Of a stretch of DNA of 64,000 nt, positions 1-8,105 are shown in pieces; positions within the stretch are counted from its first letter, which is position 1; every line of letters begins with the position of its first letter. A program made the position numbers and the translations under genes. The stretch is from a virus. Below the pieces are notes generated by a model, which was given only the letters and a program-made list of their open reading frames with translations, made no database searches and was not told the origin of the DNA. The DNA lies in IMG/VR virus record IMGVR_UViG_3300023179_000013, positions 1 to 64,000 of that record. The stretch is one strand, 5' to 3'.

Positions 1-22
1 GACGAACTATTAAGTTAAATTT

Positions 23-400
23 ATGGCATATAGCAGATGGAGTAACAGTTATTGGTATACATTTTGGAGTGGCAATTCAGCTAAAACCAAATTCAAATGG
101 CCAACTAAAAAACTTAAACGAAAACAGATATTTGAAATATGTGATATGAGACCATTTTTTATCTCATATGGTGATTTAGAAGATGAAGGAATGGGAAAAA
201 TAATCAATAAAGTAAAAAAGGTATTTAAAAAAACACATCCTAATAATCCACCAACAGAAGAACAGCTTCGTGAGTTAATGAGTTATATCAATGAATGGAG
301 AGAGGATGTGGATAGGCACTTTAAATTCAGTACATTTATGTTGTTCGAATGGTATTATCCAATTCGTAACAAAATAAAAAGGTTATGGAAAAAACATTAG
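23..400 (+). CDS. hypothetical phage protein
   Basis: 125-aa ORF overlapping the next start; no recognised family. Confidence 0.7.
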   Translation: MAYSRWSNSYWYTFWSGNSAKTKFKWPTKKLKRKQIFEICDMRPFFISYGDLEDEGMGKIINKVKKVFKKTHPNNPPTEEQLRELMSYINEWREDVDRHFKFSTFMLFEWYYPIRNKIKRLWKKH

Positions 401-927
401 TAATACACCCCTACGATCCGACAACAGAGTTCCTCAGGCCCATATATTCGGGCCTTGAGGGGGCTGTTGTTCTAAGAGGTAATCATACAAAGGACTATGT
501 TAGACAAATGATTGAGGAATCAGATCGTGTCATAATGTTAGGACATGGTTCACCAAGTGGTTTGTTTGGTATTGGTAAATTTCAGTACTGCGGTAATGGT
601 TTAATCATTGATGAATCAATGGTTGCAGCATTAGGTAGAAAGAAAAACAACATGTACATTTGGTGTAATGCAGATCAGTTTGTTAATCGCTACCACCTAA
701 ATGGTTTCTACTCAGGTATGTTTATTTCAGAATATAGTGAAGCGAGTTATTGTAGAGTACATGCTGAACGAGGTGAAGTTGAATACTCAAACGATTTATT
801 TGCTGAGGTAGTAGGTAAAAATGTTTTAAAGGAAGCTAAACAGCTTTGTTTTACTGCAAAGGCAGATTATTATATTCCTGATAGTGAAGTAAATTATTAC
901 AATAACGAAAGATTATATTGGAGATGA
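385..927 (+). CDS. hypothetical protein with possible caspase/gingipain-like (clan CD) His-Cys dyad
   Basis: VIMLGHGSP and MYIWCNA motifs, each after a hydrophobic strand. Confidence 0.55.
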   Translation: MEKTLVIHPYDPTTEFLRPIYSGLEGAVVLRGNHTKDYVRQMIEESDRVIMLGHGSPSGLFGIGKFQYCGNGLIIDESMVAALGRKKNNMYIWCNADQFVNRYHLNGFYSGMFISEYSEASYCRVHAERGEVEYSNDLFAEVVGKNVLKEAKQLCFTAKADYYIPDSEVNYYNNERLYWR

Positions 928-1217
928 TAAATAACATCAATATACAATCAGATTATATTAGTGTAAAAACTACTACATTAGTTGAAACTGAAGAGTATTT
1001 TCAGGTACTTACTTTAGAGGGACCAATTGATTTCAAAGTTAAGATAACAGCTGATTTTGCTGATATACCTGAGCAATATCATGAGGTGGCTCTAAATATA
1101 ATTACATCAAAATATAATAATAAAGTATCGTTCGGTCATAATCCGTTTTCACAATGTAATCCACCTGTGAAACGTAAGTGGTATCAGTTTTGGAAATCAA
1201 AATACTTTTTGAAATGA
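918..1217 (+). CDS. hypothetical protein
   Basis: ORF in a tightly packed operon, ends KRKWYQFWK. Confidence 0.65.
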   Translation: MEMINNINIQSDYISVKTTTLVETEEYFQVLTLEGPIDFKVKITADFADIPEQYHEVALNIITSKYNNKVSFGHNPFSQCNPPVKRKWYQFWKSKYFLK

Positions 1218-1423
1218 CACCTAAAGAAAAGGCAGAACAATTAGTTAGTAAGTATTATATATTCAATCATATAGGTAATGGTCATGCTAAGAAATGTGCA
1301 TTAATAGCAGTAGATGAAATACTACCAATAGTCCAAAGTTATGAGGAAGCACTAAGTCCATCTCAAACATCAGATGAATATGAATATTGGCAAGAAGTAA
1401 AACAAGAAATAGAAAAGCTATGA
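1214..1423 (+). CDS. small hypothetical phage protein (MTPKEKA...EYWQEVKQEIEKL)
   Basis: ATG at 1214 overlaps the upstream stop (ATGA), a more likely start than 1178. Confidence 0.7.
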   Translation: MTPKEKAEQLVSKYYIFNHIGNGHAKKCALIAVDEILPIVQSYEEALSPSQTSDEYEYWQEVKQEIEKL

Positions 1424-1689
1424 TAATTATTCTCTCTATATTATTGGGAATCACAATGTTGTTTTTAGCTTCTGCTATCATTCACATTAGAAAAATACAG
1501 CAGGAACTAATTGAATTAGATAAAGAACAACATAACCAAAACACAGACATTATTGAATTAATGAAATATAGAGGCGAATCATCAATTATGTTAATACAAC
1601 ATACTCAAGTATTAGAATATCTTGCTGAACAGGATGCTATAAAAAATAAAAATAAGTATCCAATCCCTAGCATTATTGGCGAAGCGTAA
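1420..1689 (+). CDS. membrane-anchored coiled-coil protein
   Basis: ATGA overlap at 1420; N-terminal hydrophobic helix followed by heptads. Confidence 0.6.
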   Translation: MIIILSILLGITMLFLASAIIHIRKIQQELIELDKEQHNQNTDIIELMKYRGESSIMLIQHTQVLEYLAEQDAIKNKNKYPIPSIIGEA

Positions 1690-1720
1690 TATATTTATCA
1701 ACAAAATAAACCCACACAAC

Positions 1721-1915
1721 ATGGCTATCCAAACAATGGATGATGCTCAATCAAAAGCAGACCGACGAGTAGACAGGTCATTTAAACAAAAAAATAAAAA
1801 ACGAATTCCATTAGGAGAAGAAAGTTGGGAAGATTTAGGTAGAAGAGGAGCGTCTTTGGCTGAGCAATTTGAGTGGATTAAATTACAAAAACAACGTAAA
1901 GACCGAATAAAATGA
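1721..1915 (+). CDS. small basic hypothetical protein
   Basis: ATG 1721 downstream of ATATTTAT at 1691. Confidence 0.55.
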   Translation: MAIQTMDDAQSKADRRVDRSFKQKNKKRIPLGEESWEDLGRRGASLAEQFEWIKLQKQRKDRIK

Positions 1916-2079
1916 GTGCACAAACCGAAATGAAAGTAATTGATGTATTGTTAAGTGAGGCAATGGATAATGGATTAGAATTAGAAGTAATCTACAGCGC
2001 CTTAAAAGCAATGCGTGAAGACGAAACATTAACACCAGCACAAGCATTTCAGGTGGCAATGGATGAATGGGTAAAGTAA
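1912..2079 (+). CDS. 55-aa hypothetical protein (not in ORF track)
   Basis: Read by hand: MSAQTEMKVIDVLLSEAMDNGLELEVIYSALKAMREDETLTPAQAFQVAMDEWVK; ATGA overlap. Confidence 0.65.
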   Translation: MSAQTEMKVIDVLLSEAMDNGLELEVIYSALKAMREDETLTPAQAFQVAMDEWVK

Positions 2080-2086
2080 GGGGGAA

Positions 2087-2110
2087 GGCAAAACCTTATT
2101 TGTATATTTA
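2087..2110 (+). promoter_or_regulatory. early promoter motif, representative of about 27 copies
   Basis: GGCAAAA-N9-TATATTTA. Copies or variants start at 2479, 3328, 4094, 4356, 4695, 4970, 5231, 5530, 6260, 7169, 7425, 7865, 8063, 8773, 9150, 9378, 9615, 10139, 10448, 10688, 11059, 11290, 11876, 31424, 44639 and 47724. The 3' box resembles the Bacteroidota -7 element TAnnTTTG. Confidence 0.75.
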
Positions 2111-2125
2111 TGCAAATTAAAGGTT

Positions 2126-2479
2126 ATGATTATAGTAGCAGATAACAAAGCAGTAGTCCATAGTTTAATCGCTCCAATTATATTCGAATCAATTCAGGAG
2201 CCAGGTAAACGTTATATCATTGCAGATGGAAAATGGACTGAAATACATGATGGAATTAATAAAGACAACATCATTTGGTTTAAAAGACCATACGAAGGAG
2301 GTAAACATCATGCCTTCAAAAATACAGCTGAGTGGGAAGTAGATGGTTCTAAAGGTAAAAAATACACTGTAAAAGCAACTGAAGATAATTGGTCATGTAG
2401 TTGTCCTGCCTATGGGTGGTCAGGAGCGAAGCGCAGTTGCAAACATATCGAACAAATCAAGAAGGAAAATAATTGGTAG
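2126..2479 (+). CDS. SWIM zinc-finger protein
   Basis: WSCSCPAYGWSGAKRSCKH fits CxC-xn-CxH. Confidence 0.8.
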   Translation: MIIVADNKAVVHSLIAPIIFESIQEPGKRYIIADGKWTEIHDGINKDNIIWFKRPYEGGKHHAFKNTAEWEVDGSKGKKYTVKATEDNWSCSCPAYGWSGAKRSCKHIEQIKKENNW

Positions 2480-2518
2480 GCAAAATTGCTTACCTATATT
2501 TAATTCAAATCAAAGGTT

Positions 2519-3328
2519 ATGAATACAAAACGTCGTGGTCGTCCTAAAAAAGAGCAACACGTTGCTCATGCTAAGCGTATTGACTTTTCTAAAGTTAAAA
2601 CGTTAAATCAACTTAACATCAACCCTAGAATGCTCGACACTATGGAGAGTGGATTGAGTATTGATGAGTTGTTTTCTGAAGAGGGAGGTATCCCTTGTGC
2701 TTCCAATTATATGATTATTGGTGATCCTGGAGTAGGTAAAACAACAATCCTACTTGATGTATTAGCATCAGTTCAACGTCGTGATAATACACTGAACTGT
2801 TTGTTTATCTCAGGTGAAATGGGGCGTAAACAGATGTTTAAATACACTGAACGTTTCCCTCAGTTCCGAAATGTCCAAACAATGTTTACAGCTGACTATA
2901 TGGAACACAATACTAAGGATGTAGTTGAGCAGTTGCTTGAAATTGGATGGGATTTAGTATTGATTGATAGCGCTGCTGAAATCATTGAAGGCGTTAGAGA
3001 TGATAATGGATGGGATAGAAAAACAGCTGAATCCTGGTTTGTTGATATGTGTATCAAGCATAACAAGGGTTCAAATGATAAAGACAAATATACTACGTTT
3101 CTTGCTATTCAACAAGTAACTAAACAGGGTGAGTTTGTAGGTTCAAACAAATTAAAACACCTGTTTGATGCAATGGGAGAGATGCGACGCAAGTCAAATC
3201 GTGAAGGTGGAGGTACCTATATGACATTCAGTAAGAATCGAAACGGGAATGTAGGTAAAGTATTCAACTACACACTATCAAATGATCAGATTGTATATGG
3301 AACTATTGAGGAAGAGGAAGTTGAATAG
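2519..3328 (+). CDS. RadA/Sms-like RecA-fold ATPase with N-terminal AT-hook
   Basis: Walker A GDPGVGKT, Walker B LVLIDS, GSNKLKHLFD, KNRNG (RadA KNRFG-like); RRGRPKK at the N-terminus. Confidence 0.8.
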   Translation: MNTKRRGRPKKEQHVAHAKRIDFSKVKTLNQLNINPRMLDTMESGLSIDELFSEEGGIPCASNYMIIGDPGVGKTTILLDVLASVQRRDNTLNCLFISGEMGRKQMFKYTERFPQFRNVQTMFTADYMEHNTKDVVEQLLEIGWDLVLIDSAAEIIEGVRDDNGWDRKTAESWFVDMCIKHNKGSNDKDKYTTFLAIQQVTKQGEFVGSNKLKHLFDAMGEMRRKSNREGGGTYMTFSKNRNGNVGKVFNYTLSNDQIVYGTIEEEEVE

Positions 3329-3370
3329 GCATTGTTTGGTTAGTATATTTAATCATTAAAATAATTAGTT

Positions 3371-3559
3371 ATGAAATTGAAATTAGAAAAAGAAGTATGT
3401 TGGGAAAATGGTAAATCAGTTACTAAGTATTGGATTTATGTTGATGAACGAGTTATTGATATTGCTTGGACTGAAGAAGAAGCAATGGAAAAATATGAAA
3501 ACGTCAAAGCAAATTACATAGCTTCATCCAAACAAGTAATCAAAGAAGAAACACTATGA
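3371..3559 (+). CDS. small hypothetical early protein
   Basis: ORF behind promoter variant at 3328. Confidence 0.65.
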   Translation: MKLKLEKEVCWENGKSVTKYWIYVDERVIDIAWTEEEAMEKYENVKANYIASSKQVIKEETL

Positions 3560-3711
3560 AACTAAAAACCTACACTGAATACAATAATTTCTACCCAATT
3601 CCAACAATACGAGTGTATTGGGATGAGTATTGGGAAGGTGGATTGTATAAGTTAAATATAGAATTTGTTTGGTTGAAATGGAATTTAGCATTAATATTAA
3701 TTGATAAATAA
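3556..3711 (+). CDS. 51-aa hypothetical protein (not in ORF track)
   Basis: MKLKTYTEYNNFYPIPTIRVYWDEYWEGG...LILIDK; ATGA overlap. Confidence 0.55.
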   Translation: MKLKTYTEYNNFYPIPTIRVYWDEYWEGGLYKLNIEFVWLKWNLALILIDK

Positions 3712-3721
3712 AATAAAGGTT

Positions 3722-3961
3722 ATGAGCAAGAAAAAAACAACAACACCGAAACCACTTCCAAAACAGTACATTGCTATTGATACAAATCAAGATTCCATCA
3801 TAACAATTGGTGACCTAAAATATGTTTCAGATGAAGTTAATGAATACATTGAGATGGAAGAGTATGATGCAGATGATATTGAAAACAACATCAGAGTGTT
3901 TGAATTAGGTAACATGGTAGAGATGTTTACCGAAACAAAAACACGAGTTCATTTTAATTAA
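3722..3961 (+). CDS. small acidic hypothetical protein
   Basis: AAAGGTTATG leader places the start at 3722. Confidence 0.7.
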   Translation: MSKKKTTTPKPLPKQYIAIDTNQDSIITIGDLKYVSDEVNEYIEMEEYDADDIENNIRVFELGNMVEMFTETKTRVHFN

Positions 3962-3966
3962 ATAAC

Positions 3967-4083
3967 TAATCCCCAACAACAGCCATCGCCTTCAAGCACA
4001 ATACTGCTGCGTGCTGAATACCTCCTACAAGGACGCTTAACTGTCCAGGACGAAAAGGTTATCCTAAGCAGGTGAGGGGATTA
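3967..4083 (+). ncRNA. candidate multi-branched structured RNA
   Basis: Outer stem TAATCCCC/GGGGATTA; inner stems TCGCCT/AGGTGA, AGCAC/GTGCT, GGAC/GTCC, AGGA/TCCT; GC-rich intergenic stretch. Confidence 0.45.
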
Positions 4084-4137
4084 TTTTTTAAAAGGCAAAA
4101 TTCAAGTCATAGATTCATCTAAACAAAATTAAAGGTT

Positions 4138-4380
4138 ATGATAACATTTGAACAACTACGCGAAGCGGTATTTAACTACGAAGCATCATACATCCATTCA
4201 ATGATGGAAGATGAAGGACAGGACTCAACTGAACAGATCAAGGAAATGGAAGAACAAATAATGAATGCTGAGCATGTAGAAGAAATAGTTAATTACTATA
4301 CAGACCATGGATATGAAGAGTATGAAGGTTATGAAAATATCCTTAAAGCGTTGATGGCAAAAACAACTATCGTACATTAA
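4138..4380 (+). CDS. small acidic early protein
   Basis: Own promoter (4094) and AAAGGTTATG leader. Confidence 0.7.
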   Translation: MITFEQLREAVFNYEASYIHSMMEDEGQDSTEQIKEMEEQIMNAEHVEEIVNYYTDHGYEEYEGYENILKALMAKTTIVH

Positions 4381-4397
4381 TAATATAATTAAAGGTT

Positions 4398-4613
4398 ATG
4401 AAAAACAAAACAAACAGACAAGTCCTAACTAAGGCAATTAAGGAATTAAGTGATATGGATTTAGTATTCCTACGTGAGCGCATTTTAGAGGCATGTGATG
4501 CCGTATTAGAAAACGAAGCATACATTCGCGAACAAATGCAGCATCACATTATTAGCCCCGATTTATATCTTGAATCGATGCGCAATATTAAATCCAAAAT
4601 AGATTTCGAATAA
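4398..4613 (+). CDS. small early protein
   Basis: Promoter 4356 and AAAGGTTATG leader. Confidence 0.7.
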   Translation: MKNKTNRQVLTKAIKELSDMDLVFLRERILEACDAVLENEAYIREQMQHHIISPDLYLESMRNIKSKIDFE

Positions 4614-4738
4614 TAAGTTGCTATGTAAAATTAGCAAAGCTTTGGCAGTATACTACACCACTACATCTATACGTATATACGATTAGATGTGGAGGGCAAA
4701 GTAGAGATCGTAGATTGAATGTAATAAATTAAAAGGTT

Positions 4739-4957
4739 ATGATAAAAAGTAAAAAAGAAAAATCAGGTCCAATTGAAATTGACTTAACAGGTCCGGACGG
4801 AAATGCGTTTGTATTGCTTGGTATAGCAGGTAGACTTGCAAAACAATTAGGAAAAGACAAATCCAAGATTCAAGCCGAAATGACAAGTGGTGATTATGAG
4901 AATCTATTGAGCGTAATGGAACGTGAATTTGGCGACTACATTGTTATGTATCGCTAA
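4739..4957 (+). CDS. conserved small phage protein (DLTGPDGNAF motif)
   Basis: GPDGNAF motif seen in many phage hypotheticals; promoter 4695. Confidence 0.75.
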   Translation: MIKSKKEKSGPIEIDLTGPDGNAFVLLGIAGRLAKQLGKDKSKIQAEMTSGDYENLLSVMEREFGDYIVMYR

Positions 4958-5015
4958 TTGCGTTTGGAGGGCAAAGCAGTAGTTGTATATTTAACGTAAT
5001 AAAAATTAATAAGTT

Positions 5016-5240
5016 ATGATAAAATCTCATTCAGTTATAGAGGGTAATTTAAGAGCAGATAAATGCTTAAGTGACTTTGGAGGTCCAAATCAATGGGATC
5101 TATATGTTAAAACAGTTGAGGGATATTGGGAAAACGTTCAATGGATGAACGTATATAGAATACAGGAACTCTTCAAAACGAAGTTACCAATATACAGAGA
5201 GGTAACAAAACAACAAGCCAAATACGAAGTGGTACAGTAA
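5016..5240 (+). CDS. small early protein
   Basis: Promoter with TTTG(4963)-N19-TATATTTA. Confidence 0.7.
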   Translation: MIKSHSVIEGNLRADKCLSDFGGPNQWDLYVKTVEGYWENVQWMNVYRIQELFKTKLPIYREVTKQQAKYEVVQ

Positions 5241-5275
5241 CTACATTATATTTACCATAATTAAAACGTAATAGT

Positions 5276-5539
5276 ATGACAAGACAGCAATTAGCACAGA
5301 TGGATCTAAACGATTTACGTTCACTACGCGATGCGGTTAAGAGTGAATTGGAAAGTCGAGCAGACAATATGCGATACACATTGAATCCAGGTGATCGAGT
5401 AAAAGTTAATCACAACAAAACAACAGGCAAAACGTTTGTAGTAGTTGAAATTAAACGTAAAAAGGCGTTGTTGGAAGATATTAATGATAGACGTACACGT
5501 TGGAACGTATCATTAGGTTTGATTGAGAAGGCAAAGTAA
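5276..5539 (+). CDS. small protein with helix plus SH3/KOW-like barrel
   Basis: LNPGDRVKV...VVEIKRKKALL...WNVSLGLIEK. Confidence 0.6.
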   Translation: MTRQQLAQMDLNDLRSLRDAVKSELESRADNMRYTLNPGDRVKVNHNKTTGKTFVVVEIKRKKALLEDINDRRTRWNVSLGLIEKAK

Positions 5540-5622
5540 TTGCGTTAGATTCACCATACACGATTGCATGATGCAATAGAGTGTAAAATAATTTAAATAA
5601 ACAAATAAATAAATCAAAGGTT

Positions 5623-6003
5623 ATGATTAAGTTTAATGCACCAAAAGACAGATATGATAAGTTTAGATTAAATAGCAAAAATCCAGCTATTCAGAAAATG
5701 GTCATTGATACGTTTAAAAGTAATGGTATTAATGTGTATAAAAATACAGTAGAATATGATCCGGAATTTCCATATTTGTATTGGGATGGAGATGAATTAA
5801 CACAAAGCCATGGTACGGAAAATCTATTGAGTTTGGAAAAATTCATGGCTAAATTTATTGCAAAGGAAAGTATTGAAGTGAAATTAAATGAATCATATAC
5901 CGCCATTGTTGATGAAGATGGTGTAAGAGTGGGATGTCAAAGTTTTCCACATAGCGTTATTGAGAAATTAGCAGAGGCAGTTAAAAAAATTAAAAATCAA
6001 TAG
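5623..6003 (+). CDS. hypothetical early protein
   Basis: AAAGGTTATG leader; hairpin in the 5' leader near 5556-5585. Confidence 0.7.
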   Translation: MIKFNAPKDRYDKFRLNSKNPAIQKMVIDTFKSNGINVYKNTVEYDPEFPYLYWDGDELTQSHGTENLLSLEKFMAKFIAKESIEVKLNESYTAIVDEDGVRVGCQSFPHSVIEKLAEAVKKIKNQ

Positions 6004-6004
6004 T

Positions 6005-6247
6005 ATGAGTAAGTTAAAAAACTGGGAAATAATAGACTGTGCCGTGTATAAAACAACACACTGGCAAATCGAAACGCATCCTGAAGAGGGTGAGGGAGAT
6101 ATATATTATGTAAGGTGTGAAGAGGATGATTTTAGTAATATATGGTACGTGAATAGTAGAAATGAAGGAACAATTGATGATGATACGGAACTGTTCAATG
6201 AATTGATTGAAATATGTGAGCGAGCGGGAGATGATATAGTGGGGTAA
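6005..6247 (+). CDS. small acidic protein
   Basis: Adjacent to the upstream stop codon. Confidence 0.65.
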   Translation: MSKLKNWEIIDCAVYKTTHWQIETHPEEGEGDIYYVRCEEDDFSNIWYVNSRNEGTIDDDTELFNELIEICERAGDDIVG

Positions 6248-6306
6248 GAGGAATAGGATGGCAAAATAGTAATCGTATATTTCCAGTAAATAAAAAATTA
6301 AATAGT

Positions 6307-6453
6307 ATGGAAACGAATCAAAAAACTAAATATACCGTATATTATCGAAAAGGTAAATGGGTAATTGTTAGTAATACAACAAATAAAGTAATTAAACGCT
6401 TTTCAACACATATCGATGCTGGTAAATGTGCTAGAAAATTAGAAAAATGTTAA
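6307..6453 (+). CDS. 48-aa hypothetical protein (not in ORF track)
   Basis: METNQKTKYTVYYRKGKWVIV...ARKLEKC behind promoter 6260. Confidence 0.6.
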   Translation: METNQKTKYTVYYRKGKWVIVSNTTNKVIKRFSTHIDAGKCARKLEKC

Positions 6454-6475
6454 TAAACATTAAATAACGTATCGT

Positions 6476-6715
6476 ATGGCTGAGTTTTCAAAACAATACT
6501 GTCAAACACACGACATGGGATTTGACGGTGATTTCGATATATTGGAGGAATGGAATAAATTGAAACCGGGCTATTGTGTAGCGTTGATATGTGAGGGTTA
6601 CGGATTTACTAATATATGTAAGAGCGAGGATGGCGAGGAATGTTTATTATATTTCCCTGATGGAGATGAATTCGGAACACATTGGGTTGATTATTTTAAG
6701 TTGGAGTTAATGTAA
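6476..6715 (+). CDS. small hypothetical protein (MAEFSKQYC...ICEG)
   Basis: ORF with A-rich leader. Confidence 0.7.
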   Translation: MAEFSKQYCQTHDMGFDGDFDILEEWNKLKPGYCVALICEGYGFTNICKSEDGEECLLYFPDGDEFGTHWVDYFKLELM

Positions 6716-6734
6716 ATAAATAAAACGTAATAGT

Positions 6735-6902
6735 ATGAAAATAGATTTTAAGGCGTTAGGTAAAGCAATTATGTGGACGGGTGGTGTAATGACGTTAGCA
6801 CTTGGTGTAGCGTTGTTGACGAAGTGGTTAGGTAGTGGTATTTTGTTGGTACTTAATGTGGTTTTTTTGACTGCGCTATTCTATTTTATATTGAAAGACT
6901 AG
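6735..6902 (+). CDS. 55-aa two-TM membrane protein (not in ORF track)
   Basis: MKIDFKALGKAIMWTGGVMTLALGVALLTKWLGSGILLVLNVVFLTALFYFILKD. Confidence 0.6.
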   Translation: MKIDFKALGKAIMWTGGVMTLALGVALLTKWLGSGILLVLNVVFLTALFYFILKD

Positions 6903-7142
6903 CGTTTTTTTGCGCGTTATATGCGCTAAAACGCAATTGTTTTTTGTTGCTGTGTAGTATAGTAAATGTGACAAACAAGAGTAATGTGTAAAAGCGATAT
7001 TTTTTGCTGCGCTTATTTTTTGTTGTGTCACTACATTTGTATGTGGAATAAATGATGAGTATGGGGTAGGTATAGTAGTGTTTAATCCACTTTTTTTCCT
7101 GCCCCTCCCCCTTCTTTTTTTAAATAAAAAATATATACGAAC

Positions 7143-7170
7143 ACCCCCGTCCCCCTTGGGGGTGGGGGGT
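7143..7170. repeat. C-run/G-run inverted repeat
   Basis: ACCCCCGTCCCCC-TT-GGGGGTGGGGGGT immediately before promoter 7169. Confidence 0.6.
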
Positions 7171-7206
7171 CAAAGTTTTTGTTGTAAATTTACATCAAAC
7201 ATTAAT

Positions 7207-7416
7207 ATGAAATACATTTTAAAAAATGAGTTTGTTGATAAGAAGGGTAATAAAAAAACCACATTTTTTGTTGATGCCTTTGACATACCTTTTTTTGGCC
7301 TTCAAGCGCAAATCACATCAAACCTTAACGAAGCTAAGCGATTCAAAACGATGAAAGATGCTGAGAAATGGCGTATGTTTTTTTCAAATGATGCAGTGAT
7401 AGATAAAGTTGATTAA
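7207..7416 (+). CDS. small early protein
   Basis: Start at ATG 7207 after promoter 7169; the 7078 extension is low-complexity DNA. Confidence 0.7.
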   Translation: MKYILKNEFVDKKGNKKTTFFVDAFDIPFFGLQAQITSNLNEAKRFKTMKDAEKWRMFFSNDAVIDKVD

Positions 7417-7463
7417 TTAGTTTTGGCAAAGTATTTGTTGTATATTTACTAAAACAATTGGTT

Positions 7464-7679
7464 ATGTATTTATTAATGTATGAACATACGCTAACGTCAG
7501 GACAAGTAGCAATGCTTTTTTTGGCTTTTATTATAACACTTTTGGCGTATTTGTTTAAAGATATTCCAGTACTTGGTAAAGCATGGTACGTTATTAAGAT
7601 ATTTTGGATTGTGGTTTTTGGAACACTTTTGTTTAATTTTGCTAAGAAGGAAATTAAAGAATGGTGGAGGAAGGATTAA
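7464..7679 (+). CDS. two-TM membrane protein
   Basis: Two hydrophobic segments; promoter 7425; GGTTATG leader. Confidence 0.7.
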   Translation: MYLLMYEHTLTSGQVAMLFLAFIITLLAYLFKDIPVLGKAWYVIKIFWIVVFGTLLFNFAKKEIKEWWRKD

Positions 7680-7707
7680 TCAGAATGGGGTGAAATGGGT
7701 TGATATA

Positions 7708-7733
7708 GGGGTGCTTTTGCGCCCCGTTTTGTT
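7708..7733 (+). terminator. intrinsic terminator
   Basis: GGGGTGC-TTTT-GCGCCCC followed by GTTTTGTT. Confidence 0.65.
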
Positions 7734-7813
7734 GCGTTAGATTTGTAAAATCTTAAGCAGCATACCTCTGATCTCTTCACCTATTTCATAAGGCGCCCGC
7801 ATCATTTGCACCG

Positions 7814-7837
7814 TAAATTTATGTTTTTTTCTTTGCC
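7814..7837 (-). promoter_or_regulatory. minus-strand copy of the early promoter
   Basis: Reverse complement reads GGCAAAG-AAAAAAACA-TAAATTTA, divergent from the + copy at 7865. Confidence 0.55.
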
Positions 7838-7908
7838 ATCCAACATCATTTTTTTGTTGGTGAGGGCAAAATACGGTCGTATATTTACGTTAATTAAAAA
7901 TTAAAACA

Positions 7909-8052
7909 ATGACACAACAACAAGTTAATTCAGCTGTTGCTGAAGTAAAAGGATTAGTAGAAAATAGTGAATGGACAATTGATGATGTGGATGTGATGGA
8001 TGGTTTTGTTTATATTACTATTTGCAGACCACAAACAGAAAATGAAAAATAA
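7909..8052 (+). CDS. 47-aa hypothetical protein (not in ORF track)
   Basis: MTQQQVNSAVAEVKGLVENSEWTIDDV... behind promoter 7865. Confidence 0.6.
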   Translation: MTQQQVNSAVAEVKGLVENSEWTIDDVDVMDGFVYITICRPQTENEK

Positions 8053-8105
8053 ATGTGATGGGGGCAAAACCCCATCATTATATTTACGTCAACAAAATTA
8101 TTAGT

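Noticed and set aside
3967-4083. tRNA or hammerhead ribozyme
   Set aside because: There is no GTTC T-loop or cloverleaf spacing, and CTGAATA does not fit the CUGANGA core; kept only as an unassigned structured RNA.
2119-5625. AAAGGT in AAAGGTTATG leaders as a Shine-Dalgarno sequence
   Set aside because: It ends 1 nt before the ATG, too close for SD function; treated as part of the cassette leader.
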